Made by a program: the position numbers and the translations under genes. This document shows positions 39,985 through 49,375 of a DNA stretch of 64,000 nucleotides, piece by piece (within the stretch, counting starts at the first letter, position 1; every line of letters starts with the position of its first letter). Location of the stretch: positions 934,903 to 998,902 of the forward strand of contig OZ006970.1 of NCBI GenBank assembly GCA_963931065.1. The letters run 5' to 3'. Origin of the DNA: an uncultured Bacilli bacterium (GTDB lineage Bacteria; Bacillota_I; Bacilli_A; RF39; UBA660). Below the pieces are notes generated by a model. That model saw nothing but the letters and a program-made list of their open reading frames with translations. It was not told the origin of the DNA and did not search any database.

Positions 39985-42270
39985 ATGATACGAAAGGCAG
40001 TGAAGGTTATGGCAAAAAGAAAGAAAAAGAAAGAAACTAAAAAAGGTTTTGCTCATGCTACAGAATTATATGGTGTATTACTTGTTTTAGCAGCAATACT
40101 TGGTATTGGTAGATATGGTCCTGTTGGTAATATGATTGCATCCTTTGCAATATTTCTTGTAGGAGGATTGTATGTTCCTTTATTAGTGGTATTTTTAGTA
40201 TTAGGTGCATATTTAATTATAAATAGAGAGTGGCCTAACTTATTTACAACTAAGATGTTAGGTATATATTTATTATTAATTGGAGTATTAGTCTTAATGC
40301 ATGAAAACTTTATATTACAAAATGATAGTAATGCAATAAAAGTATTTAGTGAAACTACTAATCAATTAATTAACTCTTTTTCAGACGTTATGAAAGGTGC
40401 TAGACCTAATGCTATTGGTGGAGGTATTATTGGTTGTACCTTTGGAGTTTTATTTATGTTATTATTCTCATATAGGGGAATGCAGATAATCGCTTGGACT
40501 TTAATTATTATAGGATTTTCATTATTTACTGGCTTTTCTATTGTTGATTTTGTTAAAGATAAGGCAAGTAAGGCTAAAGAGAAGTTCCCTAAAAGAGATA
40601 AGAATAAGGAAGAAGAACCTGATAGTAAGAAACCTATTATTACAGGTAATGAGGAACCTGTTATGGGTGAGATAAAAGATGATGATAAGAAAATTGTTAT
40701 ATCTAGTATAGACGAGTTAACTAAAGCTAAGGTAAATGAAGAAGTTACTGAGAATAATGATGTTAGTGATGAAGATAAAGAGACTACTAATAAAACTGCT
40801 ATTAAACATAATTATGTATTGCCGTCTATTAATCTATTAAATGCACCAAAGAAAAAGAAAAATAGTGTTAATCAAAGTTTAATTGAAAAGAATATAGAAA
40901 TACTTGAGAAAGTATTAAAAGACTTTAATATTATTGGTAAAGTAGTAGAAGTACATATTGGTCCTACTGTTACTCAGTATGAGTTAGAACTTCATTCTGG
41001 TACTAAAGTTAGTAAACTTTTATCTATTCATAGAGAAATAGCTTTAGCGATTGCTACTAAAGATGTTAGAATACAAGCACCAATTCCAGGGAAGAATACA
41101 GTAGGTATAGAAATTGCTAATAAAGAAACTGCTGCTGTTTCCTTTAGAGAAGTGTTAGAAAAAGTTCCTAAGTCTCTTGATGGTTCTAAATTACTTTGTC
41201 CTTTAGGGAAAAATATTATGGGTAATGTTATATGGTGTGAAATTAATAAAACACCTCACCTTTTAGTAGCAGGTTCTACTGGTTCAGGTAAATCTGTATG
41301 TATTAATGGTATTATTTGTTCTATTTTAATGAGAGCGAAACCAGATGAAGTAAAACTTGTTATGGTTGATCCTAAAAAAGTTGAACTTTCTGGTTATAAC
41401 GGGGTTCCTCATTTGATGAGACCAGTTGTAACTGACCCTAAGGAAGCAAGTGTCGCTTTATCTAAGATAGTTGCAGAGATGGAAAGACGTTATGATACAT
41501 TTAGCGAGACTAAGACTAAAAATATTGCAACTTATAATGATTATGTAGAAAAGAAGAATAAAACTTTACCAGCTGATGAACAAATTAAGAAGATGCCATT
41601 TATTGTCGTTATCATCGACGAGTTAGCAGACCTTATGTTAGTTGCAAGTAAAGATGTAGAAGCATCTATTATGAGAATTACCCAAATGGCTCGTGCTGCT
41701 GGTATTCACTTAATTATTGCAACACAAAGACCATCAACTGATGTAATCACTGGTGTTGTTAAAGCGAATATTCCAAGCCGTATTTCATTTGCTGTATCTA
41801 GTAGTATAGATTCACGTACAATTCTTGATATGACTGGAGCAGAAAAATTACTTGGTAAAGGTGATATGTTATTCTTACCAATGGGAGAAGCAGATCCAGA
41901 ACGTATACAAGGTGCCTTTATTTCTGATGATGAGATTAAAAGAATTATTGATTATACAGTTGAACAACAAAAAGCTGAATATGATCAAAGCTTTATGAAT
42001 TTATCAGGAGATAGCGAAAAGAGTGCCTCACAAAAAGAAGACATGGCTCAAGTTGAAGAATATGATGACCCTCTATATAATGAAATAGTAGAGTTTGTTA
42101 TAGAAACACAGAAAGCAAGTGCATCACTTCTACAAAGAAGGTTTAAGCTTGGTTATAATAGAGCAGCGAGGATTATAGATTTATTAGAAGAGCGAGGTAT
42201 TATTGGACCACCTAATGGATCTAAGCCTAGAGAAGTACTTGTTAAGTTAGATGATGGGGATGAGGAATAA
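39985..42270 (+). CDS. ftsK: DNA translocase FtsK/SpoIIIE
   Basis: N-terminal 4-TM domain, linker, motor domain with Walker A 'GSTGSGKS' and Walker B 'IVVIIDELAD', C-terminal gamma wHTH. Confidence 0.9.
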   Translation: MIRKAVKVMAKRKKKKETKKGFAHATELYGVLLVLAAILGIGRYGPVGNMIASFAIFLVGGLYVPLLVVFLVLGAYLIINREWPNLFTTKMLGIYLLLIGVLVLMHENFILQNDSNAIKVFSETTNQLINSFSDVMKGARPNAIGGGIIGCTFGVLFMLLFSYRGMQIIAWTLIIIGFSLFTGFSIVDFVKDKASKAKEKFPKRDKNKEEEPDSKKPIITGNEEPVMGEIKDDDKKIVISSIDELTKAKVNEEVTENNDVSDEDKETTNKTAIKHNYVLPSINLLNAPKKKKNSVNQSLIEKNIEILEKVLKDFNIIGKVVEVHIGPTVTQYELELHSGTKVSKLLSIHREIALAIATKDVRIQAPIPGKNTVGIEIANKETAAVSFREVLEKVPKSLDGSKLLCPLGKNIMGNVIWCEINKTPHLLVAGSTGSGKSVCINGIICSILMRAKPDEVKLVMVDPKKVELSGYNGVPHLMRPVVTDPKEASVALSKIVAEMERRYDTFSETKTKNIATYNDYVEKKNKTLPADEQIKKMPFIVVIIDELADLMLVASKDVEASIMRITQMARAAGIHLIIATQRPSTDVITGVVKANIPSRISFAVSSSIDSRTILDMTGAEKLLGKGDMLFLPMGEADPERIQGAFISDDEIKRIIDYTVEQQKAEYDQSFMNLSGDSEKSASQKEDMAQVEEYDDPLYNEIVEFVIETQKASASLLQRRFKLGYNRAARIIDLLEERGIIGPPNGSKPREVLVKLDDGDEE

Positions 42271-42333
42271 TATTCATCCTCTTTTTTCTTTGGGGTATTT
42301 GTGTTAAAATATGTTACGTAAAGGACTGATAGT

Positions 42334-43167
42334 ATGAAACTTTTAGGTGTAATAAGAGATAATAATTGTTTAGAATATTTAGATAATGGTTTAGATGGTA
42401 TGATTTTACCTTTAGAAAACTTTTCTGTTGATTATTTTAAGTATTATAGTATTTCTGATATTAAAAAATGTAGAAAAAGTACTGATAAATTATTATATGT
42501 AGTAATAAACAAAATGATATTTAATAATGAATTAGATAATTTACTTAATGTATTAAAAAAATTAGAAAATATAAAAGTAGATGGTGTTTTCTTTTATGAT
42601 TTAGCAGTTCTAAACTTAGTTAGAGAAAATAATTTATCAATAAATTTAATCTATAATGGAACTCATATGGTCACTAATAGTGATACTATTAATTTATATT
42701 ATGATTTAGGTGTTAAAGGAGCATATTTATCTAATGAAATAACTAAAAATGAAGTACTTAATATAAGAAGTAATACTAAAAGTGATTTATTTATTTTATT
42801 ACTTGGTAATCCAGTAGTCGCTATGTCTAGAAGAAGTTTACTTACTAGTTATTTTGCTAATAAAAATAAAAGTAAGAGTGACTTAATTACTATTAAAGAG
42901 CCTAAAAGTGGGCAAGAGTTCTTAGTTAAAGAAGATAGTAATGGAACAACTTTCTTTTATAATAGACGTCTAAATCTAAGTAATGTTTATAAAGAATTAA
43001 AAGACTCTGGTATTAACTATGGAATTGTAGAACAAGGTGATTACAGTTCTCTAGAATATAAAGAGTTAATTAATGCTTTTGTTAATTTTAATAAGAAAAA
43101 AATAGATGAATTGGCAGGACATAATAGAGGTTTCTTATATAGAGAAACTATCTACAAAGTAAAGTAG
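42334..43167 (+). CDS. Peptidase U32 family protein (short, YhbV-like)
   Basis: U32 TIM-barrel-like N-terminus; adjacent to a second U32 gene. Confidence 0.55.
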   Translation: MKLLGVIRDNNCLEYLDNGLDGMILPLENFSVDYFKYYSISDIKKCRKSTDKLLYVVINKMIFNNELDNLLNVLKKLENIKVDGVFFYDLAVLNLVRENNLSINLIYNGTHMVTNSDTINLYYDLGVKGAYLSNEITKNEVLNIRSNTKSDLFILLLGNPVVAMSRRSLLTSYFANKNKSKSDLITIKEPKSGQEFLVKEDSNGTTFFYNRRLNLSNVYKELKDSGINYGIVEQGDYSSLEYKELINAFVNFNKKKIDELAGHNRGFLYRETIYKVK

Positions 43168-43185
43168 TGAAAGGAGAAATTTATA

Positions 43186-43788
43186 ATGAAACAAATTATT
43201 TTTGCAACTTCAAATGAATCTAAAGCAAAAAGATTTAGTAAGGGATTAAAAGAATTAGGAATAGAGGTATTATCTTTAAGAGATATAGATGTTAAATTAG
43301 ATGTAGAAGAAGATGGAAACACCGCTATAGAAAATGCTTTAATAAAAGCGAGAGAGTGTTATAGACTTACAAAAAAGCCTTGTATGGGAATGGATGATAC
43401 ACTATATATGGAAGGAGTTCCTGAAGAAAAACAGCCTGGGTTATTTGTAAGACGGGTAAATGGTAAGAGTCTAACTGATGAAGAAGCACTTGACTATTAT
43501 ACTAACTTAGTAAAAGAATATGGTGTTGATGGTAGAATTAATTGTAAATGGATATATGGCTTAGCAGTTATTAATGATAAGGGTGAAGAAGCTACATATA
43601 CTTGGTCTAAAGATGATTTTTATATGGTTAGTACTAGAAGTGATAAAATTAATCCTGGATATCCATTAAACTCTATATCTAAATATAAAAAATTAGATAA
43701 ATATTTTACAGATGTTACTGATGAAGATATGAAGTTACTAGAGGTAAATGAAAATGATGTGGTGGACTTTATTGCAAATCATATATAA
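43186..43788 (+). CDS. Ham1/RdgB-like non-canonical purine NTP pyrophosphatase family protein (divergent)
   Basis: 'IIFATSNESK' and 'VEEDGNTAIENALIKARE' resemble Ham1 motifs. Confidence 0.4.
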   Translation: MKQIIFATSNESKAKRFSKGLKELGIEVLSLRDIDVKLDVEEDGNTAIENALIKARECYRLTKKPCMGMDDTLYMEGVPEEKQPGLFVRRVNGKSLTDEEALDYYTNLVKEYGVDGRINCKWIYGLAVINDKGEEATYTWSKDDFYMVSTRSDKINPGYPLNSISKYKKLDKYFTDVTDEDMKLLEVNENDVVDFIANHI

Positions 43789-43807
43789 ATAAGGAAGTAG
43801 TGATGTT

Positions 43808-45004
43808 ATGAAAAAAATAGAATTACTGGCACCTGCAGGAGATTTAGAAAGACTTAAAGTAGTTTTGTTATATGGTGCTGATGCTGTTTATGTAGGAGGA
43901 GAAAAACTAAGTTTAAGAGCAAATGCTACTAATTTTAGTTTAGATGAATTAAAAGAGGGGTGTATTTTCGCTCATAATCTAAATAAACGAGTATATTTAA
44001 CCGCTAATATTGTCTTTCATGATAAAGATAGAGTTGGTATGGAAGATTATATTAAAAAAGTTATAGACTGTGGTATAGATGCTTTTATTGTTAGTGATTT
44101 ATATCTTGCTAAATACATAATTGATAACTATAAATCTGTAGAAGTTCATATCTCAACTCAAGACTCTATTACTAATATAAGCAGTGCTAAGTTTTATAGA
44201 GATTTAGGAGCAAGTAGAGTGGTACTTGCAAGAGAATTATCTCGTGAAGAAATAAAAGAAATATCAAGTATAACTAATTTAGAGACTGAAGTCTTTATTC
44301 ATGGAGCCATGTGTACTTGTTTTAGTGGTAGATGTGCTTTATCTAATTATGTTACTAATAGAGATGCTAATAGAGGTGGTTGTGCCCAAGTATGTCGTTT
44401 TGCCTTCGATTATGATAGTAATGATAAATTTACTCTTGCTACTAAAGATTTAAACATGGCAATCTTTATTAAAGACTTAATAGATATTGGAGTTAGTTCT
44501 CTAAAAGTAGAAGGAAGAATGAGAAGTTTATATTACCTTGCAACAGTTATTGGTAGTTATAGATTTTTAATAGATAGTATTTATGATGGAACCTTAACGT
44601 ATGATAAATTACTAGAGTATCAAAAACGCCTTGATTCTGTCGCTAATCGTGATACAACTAGTCAATACTTTAATCATTTAGCAGATGTAACTGATCAATA
44701 TTATACAGGTAGACAAGAAGTATCTAATCAAGAGTATTTAGGACTTATAATAGGTTATGATGAAGAGATGAAATCTATTATATTAAAAGAACGTAACTAC
44801 TTTAAAGTAGGTGATGAAGTAGAGATATTTACACCTAATGGAGAGATTTATCCTTATAAAATAGAAACTATCTATAACGAAGATAATGAGAAAATAGAAG
44901 TTGCACGACATCCAGAAGAAATACTAAAATTACCATTTGGTACAAGACTTATTCCTTATTCTATGATAAGATTAATAAAGAAAGGATATAGTTGTTATGT
45001 TTAG
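43808..45004 (+). CDS. Peptidase U32 family (collagenase PrtC-like)
   Basis: 'IELLAPAGDLERLKVVLLYGADAVYVGG' and the characteristic cysteine cluster CTCFSGRCALSNY. Confidence 0.85.
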   Translation: MKKIELLAPAGDLERLKVVLLYGADAVYVGGEKLSLRANATNFSLDELKEGCIFAHNLNKRVYLTANIVFHDKDRVGMEDYIKKVIDCGIDAFIVSDLYLAKYIIDNYKSVEVHISTQDSITNISSAKFYRDLGASRVVLARELSREEIKEISSITNLETEVFIHGAMCTCFSGRCALSNYVTNRDANRGGCAQVCRFAFDYDSNDKFTLATKDLNMAIFIKDLIDIGVSSLKVEGRMRSLYYLATVIGSYRFLIDSIYDGTLTYDKLLEYQKRLDSVANRDTTSQYFNHLADVTDQYYTGRQEVSNQEYLGLIIGYDEEMKSIILKERNYFKVGDEVEIFTPNGEIYPYKIETIYNEDNEKIEVARHPEEILKLPFGTRLIPYSMIRLIKKGYSCYV

Positions 45005-45401
45005 ATATTATAAAGTTCCAGTTTATGAGTTGCAGGAAGATTTAGTAAGTTATAATCAGTTGGATTATATTGTTGTAACACCATACCATCTATTTGCAAA
45101 AGAACTTTTAACAGGTTATTTTAGTATAGAGATTTTAACTAAAGAAATGGTAGGTGGTAATAAATTAAAATTAATTAGAGGAAATACTTTAGAGACTAAA
45201 AAACAAAATAGGGGTGTAGCATTATTTACATTCAAAGAAGAGTTTATTCCTAAGAATTTAGTAACAGAACAGTTTTTAGATTATTATGTAGATAATTTTG
45301 ATAATTCAAACTTTAATAATATCTATAAGAATATAGATAATAAGAAATTAAGAAATATTGGTTGTAAGATAAGAAATTTAAAAAATAGTAAAAGGAGTTA
45401 A
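44997..45401 (+). CDS. Hypothetical protein
   Basis: 134-aa ORF overlapping the upstream stop. Confidence 0.3.
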   Translation: MFRYYKVPVYELQEDLVSYNQLDYIVVTPYHLFAKELLTGYFSIEILTKEMVGGNKLKLIRGNTLETKKQNRGVALFTFKEEFIPKNLVTEQFLDYYVDNFDNSNFNNIYKNIDNKKLRNIGCKIRNLKNSKRS

Positions 45402-45411
45402 AGAAGTAGTT

Positions 45412-45780
45412 ATGGGTAGTAAAGAATATTATATGGTTCCAGTTTATGTTATGCTTGCAGAAGATTTTGTTTGTGGAGAGGTTGATTTTAAGTTTTTAGA
45501 TAAGATAATAGTATCTGAAACTAAAAATGGTTATCAAGAGCTAGATGGCTTTAATAATTTTGTTATATTGAGGTCAGAAAGAGATGATAATAAAAGGTTA
45601 AGGGTTGTTAATTATGATGAGTGTTTATATTTAAATAGTGATGATTTTACTGAAGAAAATAGGGTGTTAGTTGATGATAGTTTTGATAGAAATAATTATG
45701 TTAAAGATAATTTCGAAAATTATGTTAAGATGAGAAGAGGAAAAGTAAAAACTAAAAAGTACTATGTCGGGAAGAAGTGA
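45412..45780 (+). CDS. Hypothetical protein
   Basis: 122-aa ORF; 34% identity to the preceding ORF N-terminus pattern (YxVPVYxxxEDxV) suggests a tandem paralogue. Confidence 0.3.
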   Translation: MGSKEYYMVPVYVMLAEDFVCGEVDFKFLDKIIVSETKNGYQELDGFNNFVILRSERDDNKRLRVVNYDECLYLNSDDFTEENRVLVDDSFDRNNYVKDNFENYVKMRRGKVKTKKYYVGKK

Positions 45781-46909
45781 TTTAATGGAAAATTTTGATA
45801 AAGCTAAAGAGAATTTTTTAAGCAAAGAAAAAAACTTAAGTAAATATGCTACTAGAAGTAGTGATGCTATTAGGTTTAAAGAGGAAAATGAAGATATTAG
45901 ACCTCCATTTTTTCATGATATAGATAGAATAATACATTCACTTTCTTATACAAGATATTTAAATAAGACACAAGTTTATACACTAAATTCTAATGATCAT
46001 GTCAGTAGAAGAATTACTCACGTTCAATTAGTTAGTAAAATTGCTAGAACTATTGGTAGGGCTTTAAACTTAAATGAAGACTTAATAGAGGCCATTGCCT
46101 TAGGTCATGATATTGGGCATACTCCTTTAGGACATACAGGAGAAGCGATATTAAATAGACTATCACTTAAAGAACTAGGAGAATATTTCGCTCATAATAT
46201 CCAGGGAGTAAGATATTATATGAATGTAGCAACTGATGGGAAAGGACTTAATTTAACACTACAAACATTGGATGGTATTATGACTCATAATGGAGAGATG
46301 TTAAGCCCTATATATGAACCTATGGCTAAAGATAAAGAAGAATTCTTAAGAGAATATAATGAAAGTTATAAAGACTTAAAGAAATCTAAAACTTATCGTC
46401 CTATGACTTTAGAAGGTTGTGTAGTTAGAATTAGTGATATTATAGGATATATTGGTAGAGATATTGAAGATGCTATTATGATAGATAGATTTAAAAGAAG
46501 TGATATACCTAAAGAAATAAGAGAAGTACTTGGTGATAACAATAGAGATATTGTTAATACTATTGTCTTAGACATAATTAACGAAAGTATAGATAAATCT
46601 TATATTAAGATGAGTGATAAAGTCTATAATGCCTTATTTGCTCTTAAGAAATTTAATAATGATAATATTTATAGTAAGTCTATGACTAAAGAAGAATTAG
46701 ATTATTATGAAATAGGTATTAACAAACTATATCATATCTATTTAGAAGATATTAAATCTAATAATAAAGAGAGTATTATTTATAAAATATTTTTAAATCA
46801 TCAAGATAAATCATATATAGAATCTACTAATATAAAAAGACAAGTAATAGACTTTATCGCTGGTATGACAGATGACTTTTTAATAAGAGAGATTAAGAAA
46901 TATGAGTAG
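45764..46909 (+). CDS. HD-domain dNTP triphosphohydrolase (dGTPase-like)
   Basis: 'HVQLVSKIARTIG...ALGHDIGHTPLGHTGE' HD motif and dGTPase-type length. Confidence 0.8.
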   Translation: MSGRSDLMENFDKAKENFLSKEKNLSKYATRSSDAIRFKEENEDIRPPFFHDIDRIIHSLSYTRYLNKTQVYTLNSNDHVSRRITHVQLVSKIARTIGRALNLNEDLIEAIALGHDIGHTPLGHTGEAILNRLSLKELGEYFAHNIQGVRYYMNVATDGKGLNLTLQTLDGIMTHNGEMLSPIYEPMAKDKEEFLREYNESYKDLKKSKTYRPMTLEGCVVRISDIIGYIGRDIEDAIMIDRFKRSDIPKEIREVLGDNNRDIVNTIVLDIINESIDKSYIKMSDKVYNALFALKKFNNDNIYSKSMTKEELDYYEIGINKLYHIYLEDIKSNNKESIIYKIFLNHQDKSYIESTNIKRQVIDFIAGMTDDFLIREIKKYE

Positions 46910-47672
46910 AGTGTTAGAGTGTAGTACTTTAGAAAAAGAAATATTAACTAAAGTAAAAAGAGATGTTAAAAATAAGAAAGTTACTCTTGCAATCATCAGT
47001 TTTAATGACTCTAAATATTGTGAGTTACTAATAGATAAATGTGACGAATTAGATGTATATTTTAGATGTTACAAACTATATAATTCTAATACATCAAAAG
47101 TTACATCTTTAATAGATGAATTAAATAAAGATAGTGAAATAACTGGTATTTTATTAGTAGAGCCTGTACCTAAAAATATTGATAAATACTCTTGTTATAA
47201 GCGAATAGATATAAATAAAGATATAGATGGAGTTAATCCACTTAATCAGTATTATTTATCTATAAATAAACCTAATATAATTAATTCAACTGTTCTTGCA
47301 GTTAAAAGATTATTAGAATTTTATAATATCTCTTTAGGTGGTAAAAATGCCACTATCATTGGAAGAAGTTACAATATATCTAAACCTCTTACAAACTACT
47401 TAATAAATAAAGATGCAACTGTTACAATGTGTCACTCTAAGACTAAAGATTTAGTTAGTATATTAAAAAATAGTGATATTATAATAAGTGTAACAGGTAT
47501 TAATAATTTATTTAAAAGTAGTGATTTAAAAGATGATACTATTGTTATAGATATAGGACTAGGAGATGTTTTAATAAATAGTGATAATATTAGTTATACA
47601 CCTAAAACTAAAGGAATAGGGCCTTTATCTATCGCTTGTCTTTTAGAAAATTTAGTTAAAAGTATTTACTAA
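46902..47672 (+). CDS. FolD-like methylenetetrahydrofolate dehydrogenase/cyclohydrolase family protein (divergent)
   Basis: C-terminal NAD(P) domain 'GKNATIIGRSYNISKPL...ATVTMCHSKTKDL...ISVTG'. Confidence 0.55.
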   Translation: MSRVLECSTLEKEILTKVKRDVKNKKVTLAIISFNDSKYCELLIDKCDELDVYFRCYKLYNSNTSKVTSLIDELNKDSEITGILLVEPVPKNIDKYSCYKRIDINKDIDGVNPLNQYYLSINKPNIINSTVLAVKRLLEFYNISLGGKNATIIGRSYNISKPLTNYLINKDATVTMCHSKTKDLVSILKNSDIIISVTGINNLFKSSDLKDDTIVIDIGLGDVLINSDNISYTPKTKGIGPLSIACLLENLVKSIY

Positions 47673-47737
47673 AATAAATTATTATGTTAAAGTAATGATG
47701 TATTAAATGAAAGAAATTTCATATAATATAAATGAAA

Positions 47738-47828
47738 ATGTTCTCGCTCCCGGATGGTGCGAGTAATAAATTATTCCGGTCGACAATGTTTCTCGCTCCC
47801 GGATGGTGCGAGTAATAAATTATTCCGG
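47738..47828 (+). ncRNA. Second copy (2 units) of the 49-nt hairpin repeat family, orphan array
   Basis: AATGTTCTCGCTC-[CCGGA]-TGGTGCGAGTAATAAATTAT-[TCCGG]-TCGAC ×2; conserved loop and compensatory stem changes relative to locus 35784. Confidence 0.55.
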
Positions 47829-47841
47829 ACGAAAATATTTA

Positions 47842-47875
47842 AGAAAGTTCTATCAATTGATAGAATTTTCTTTTT
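47842..47875 (+). terminator. Rho-independent terminator after the repeat array
   Basis: GAAAGTTCTATCAA/TTGATAGAATTTTC hairpin followed by TTTTT. Confidence 0.6.
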
Positions 47876-47969
47876 AAAATATTGACTTTTATAGTTATTA
47901 AAATATAGTTACTACTTGTGAAAAGTAAAAATAAAACTTATAATGAATATAGAAAGAAGAGTGAATTTA

Positions 47970-48341
47970 ATGAAAATTTATGTATGTAAAAAATGTGGAA
48001 ATGTTATATTAAAATTAGAAGATAAAAGTGAAACTTTAGTATGTTGTGGCGATAAAATGGAACTTGTTGATGCTAATACTACTGAAGCTGCTACAGAAAA
48101 ACATTTACCAGTATATGAGATTAAAGATGGAATGATTAACATTAAAGTAGGAGAAGTAGAACATCCTATGATGGATGAACATTATATTTCTTTTATAATT
48201 CTTGCAAGTGATAATAATTATATGATTAAAAAATTAAAAGTAAAAGATAGGCCTGAAGTAAGTTTTCCTTATAGTAGTGAATATAATAAAATATATGCAT
48301 ATTGTAATTTACATAGTCTATGGCTTACAGAAATTAAATAA
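47970..48341 (+). CDS. dfx: Desulfoferrodoxin (superoxide reductase)
   Basis: N-terminal 'CKKCGN...CCGDKM' desulforedoxin site and C-terminal 'HPMMDEHYI' centre II. Confidence 0.8.
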   Translation: MKIYVCKKCGNVILKLEDKSETLVCCGDKMELVDANTTEAATEKHLPVYEIKDGMINIKVGEVEHPMMDEHYISFIILASDNNYMIKKLKVKDRPEVSFPYSSEYNKIYAYCNLHSLWLTEIK

Positions 48342-48343
48342 TT

Positions 48344-49138
48344 ATGAATATTTATCATGAATTAAATAAAGTAATAGATTATATAGAAGATAATTTAGAA
48401 AGCGATATAGATTATGAAAAAATTGCAAGGATTTTAGGGGTAAATATTTATACTGCTAAAAAACTCTTTAGTCTTCTTTGTAATAATACAATTTCTGAAT
48501 ATATTAGGAAAAGAAGATTATCTTTATCTTTTTATGATTTAACAGTAAAGAATGAAAAAGTAATAGATGTTGCCATTAAATATCATTATGAGAATCCTAC
48601 TTCTTTTTCAAGAGCTTTTTATAACTTTTATGGGGTTAAGCCCAAAAGAGCGAAAGATTTAAAGAAAGATATTAAAACTTTTCCTAAAATTGTTTTTAAA
48701 GAAGAATTAAATGATACTGAAGAATTAACTTATAATATTGTATCTTTAGATGAATTTACTTTATATGGTGTTGGAATAAAGACAACGAATGATACAATTA
48801 AAGATGATGCTCCTAATTTTTTTGATGAATGTGTAGAAAAATTTAAGAAACACCCTGATTATGGTATGATTACTTATGAAGATAGATATAATAGTGATAA
48901 TTATGAGTATTGGTGTCTATATAAAGAGAAATTATCTTTATTATCAAAATATGTTATTCCTAAGAGTAAATGGATTGTATTTATTATTAATTCTCAAAAA
49001 GCATCTGAAATTAGAAGAGTAAGTCAAAAATTTTATAAAACTATGTTTTTAAATTTACAATATAACATTAGACCACTACCAGAACTTGAGTATTATCATG
49101 ACAATATAACAGAGTTTTTAATACCGATAGAAGATTAA
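48344..49138 (+). CDS. AraC-family transcriptional regulator with GyrI-like effector domain
   Basis: AraC HTH ('IARILGVNIYTAKKLF...YENPTSFSRAF') plus a C-terminal GyrI-like fold. Confidence 0.8.
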   Translation: MNIYHELNKVIDYIEDNLESDIDYEKIARILGVNIYTAKKLFSLLCNNTISEYIRKRRLSLSFYDLTVKNEKVIDVAIKYHYENPTSFSRAFYNFYGVKPKRAKDLKKDIKTFPKIVFKEELNDTEELTYNIVSLDEFTLYGVGIKTTNDTIKDDAPNFFDECVEKFKKHPDYGMITYEDRYNSDNYEYWCLYKEKLSLLSKYVIPKSKWIVFIINSQKASEIRRVSQKFYKTMFLNLQYNIRPLPELEYYHDNITEFLIPIED

Positions 49139-49375
49139 TTCAAAAGTAATTTGTGAAAATTGCTCATTATTATTACTTTAATCTCTAAATAATAAAGAAA
49201 TTTAACTCCATATCTGGAATTAGACATTTAAGTAAACTTTTTAAGGTTATATTCTTTTAAGAATATCATCGTGAATAGTAAGATTTATTTCTCATAAAAA
49301 CTGACAAAATATGAAATATAAATGTCAGTTTTTTTCTTTAAGTTTATGTTAAACTTCACTAAAGGGGAGTTTAAT

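Noticed and set aside
49322-49375. Track start of the HerA-like ATPase ORF at 49322
   Set aside because: The first 18 codons lie inside a terminator hairpin (CTGACA…GTCAG plus T7). A strong RBS AAAGGGGAG precedes the ATG at 49376.
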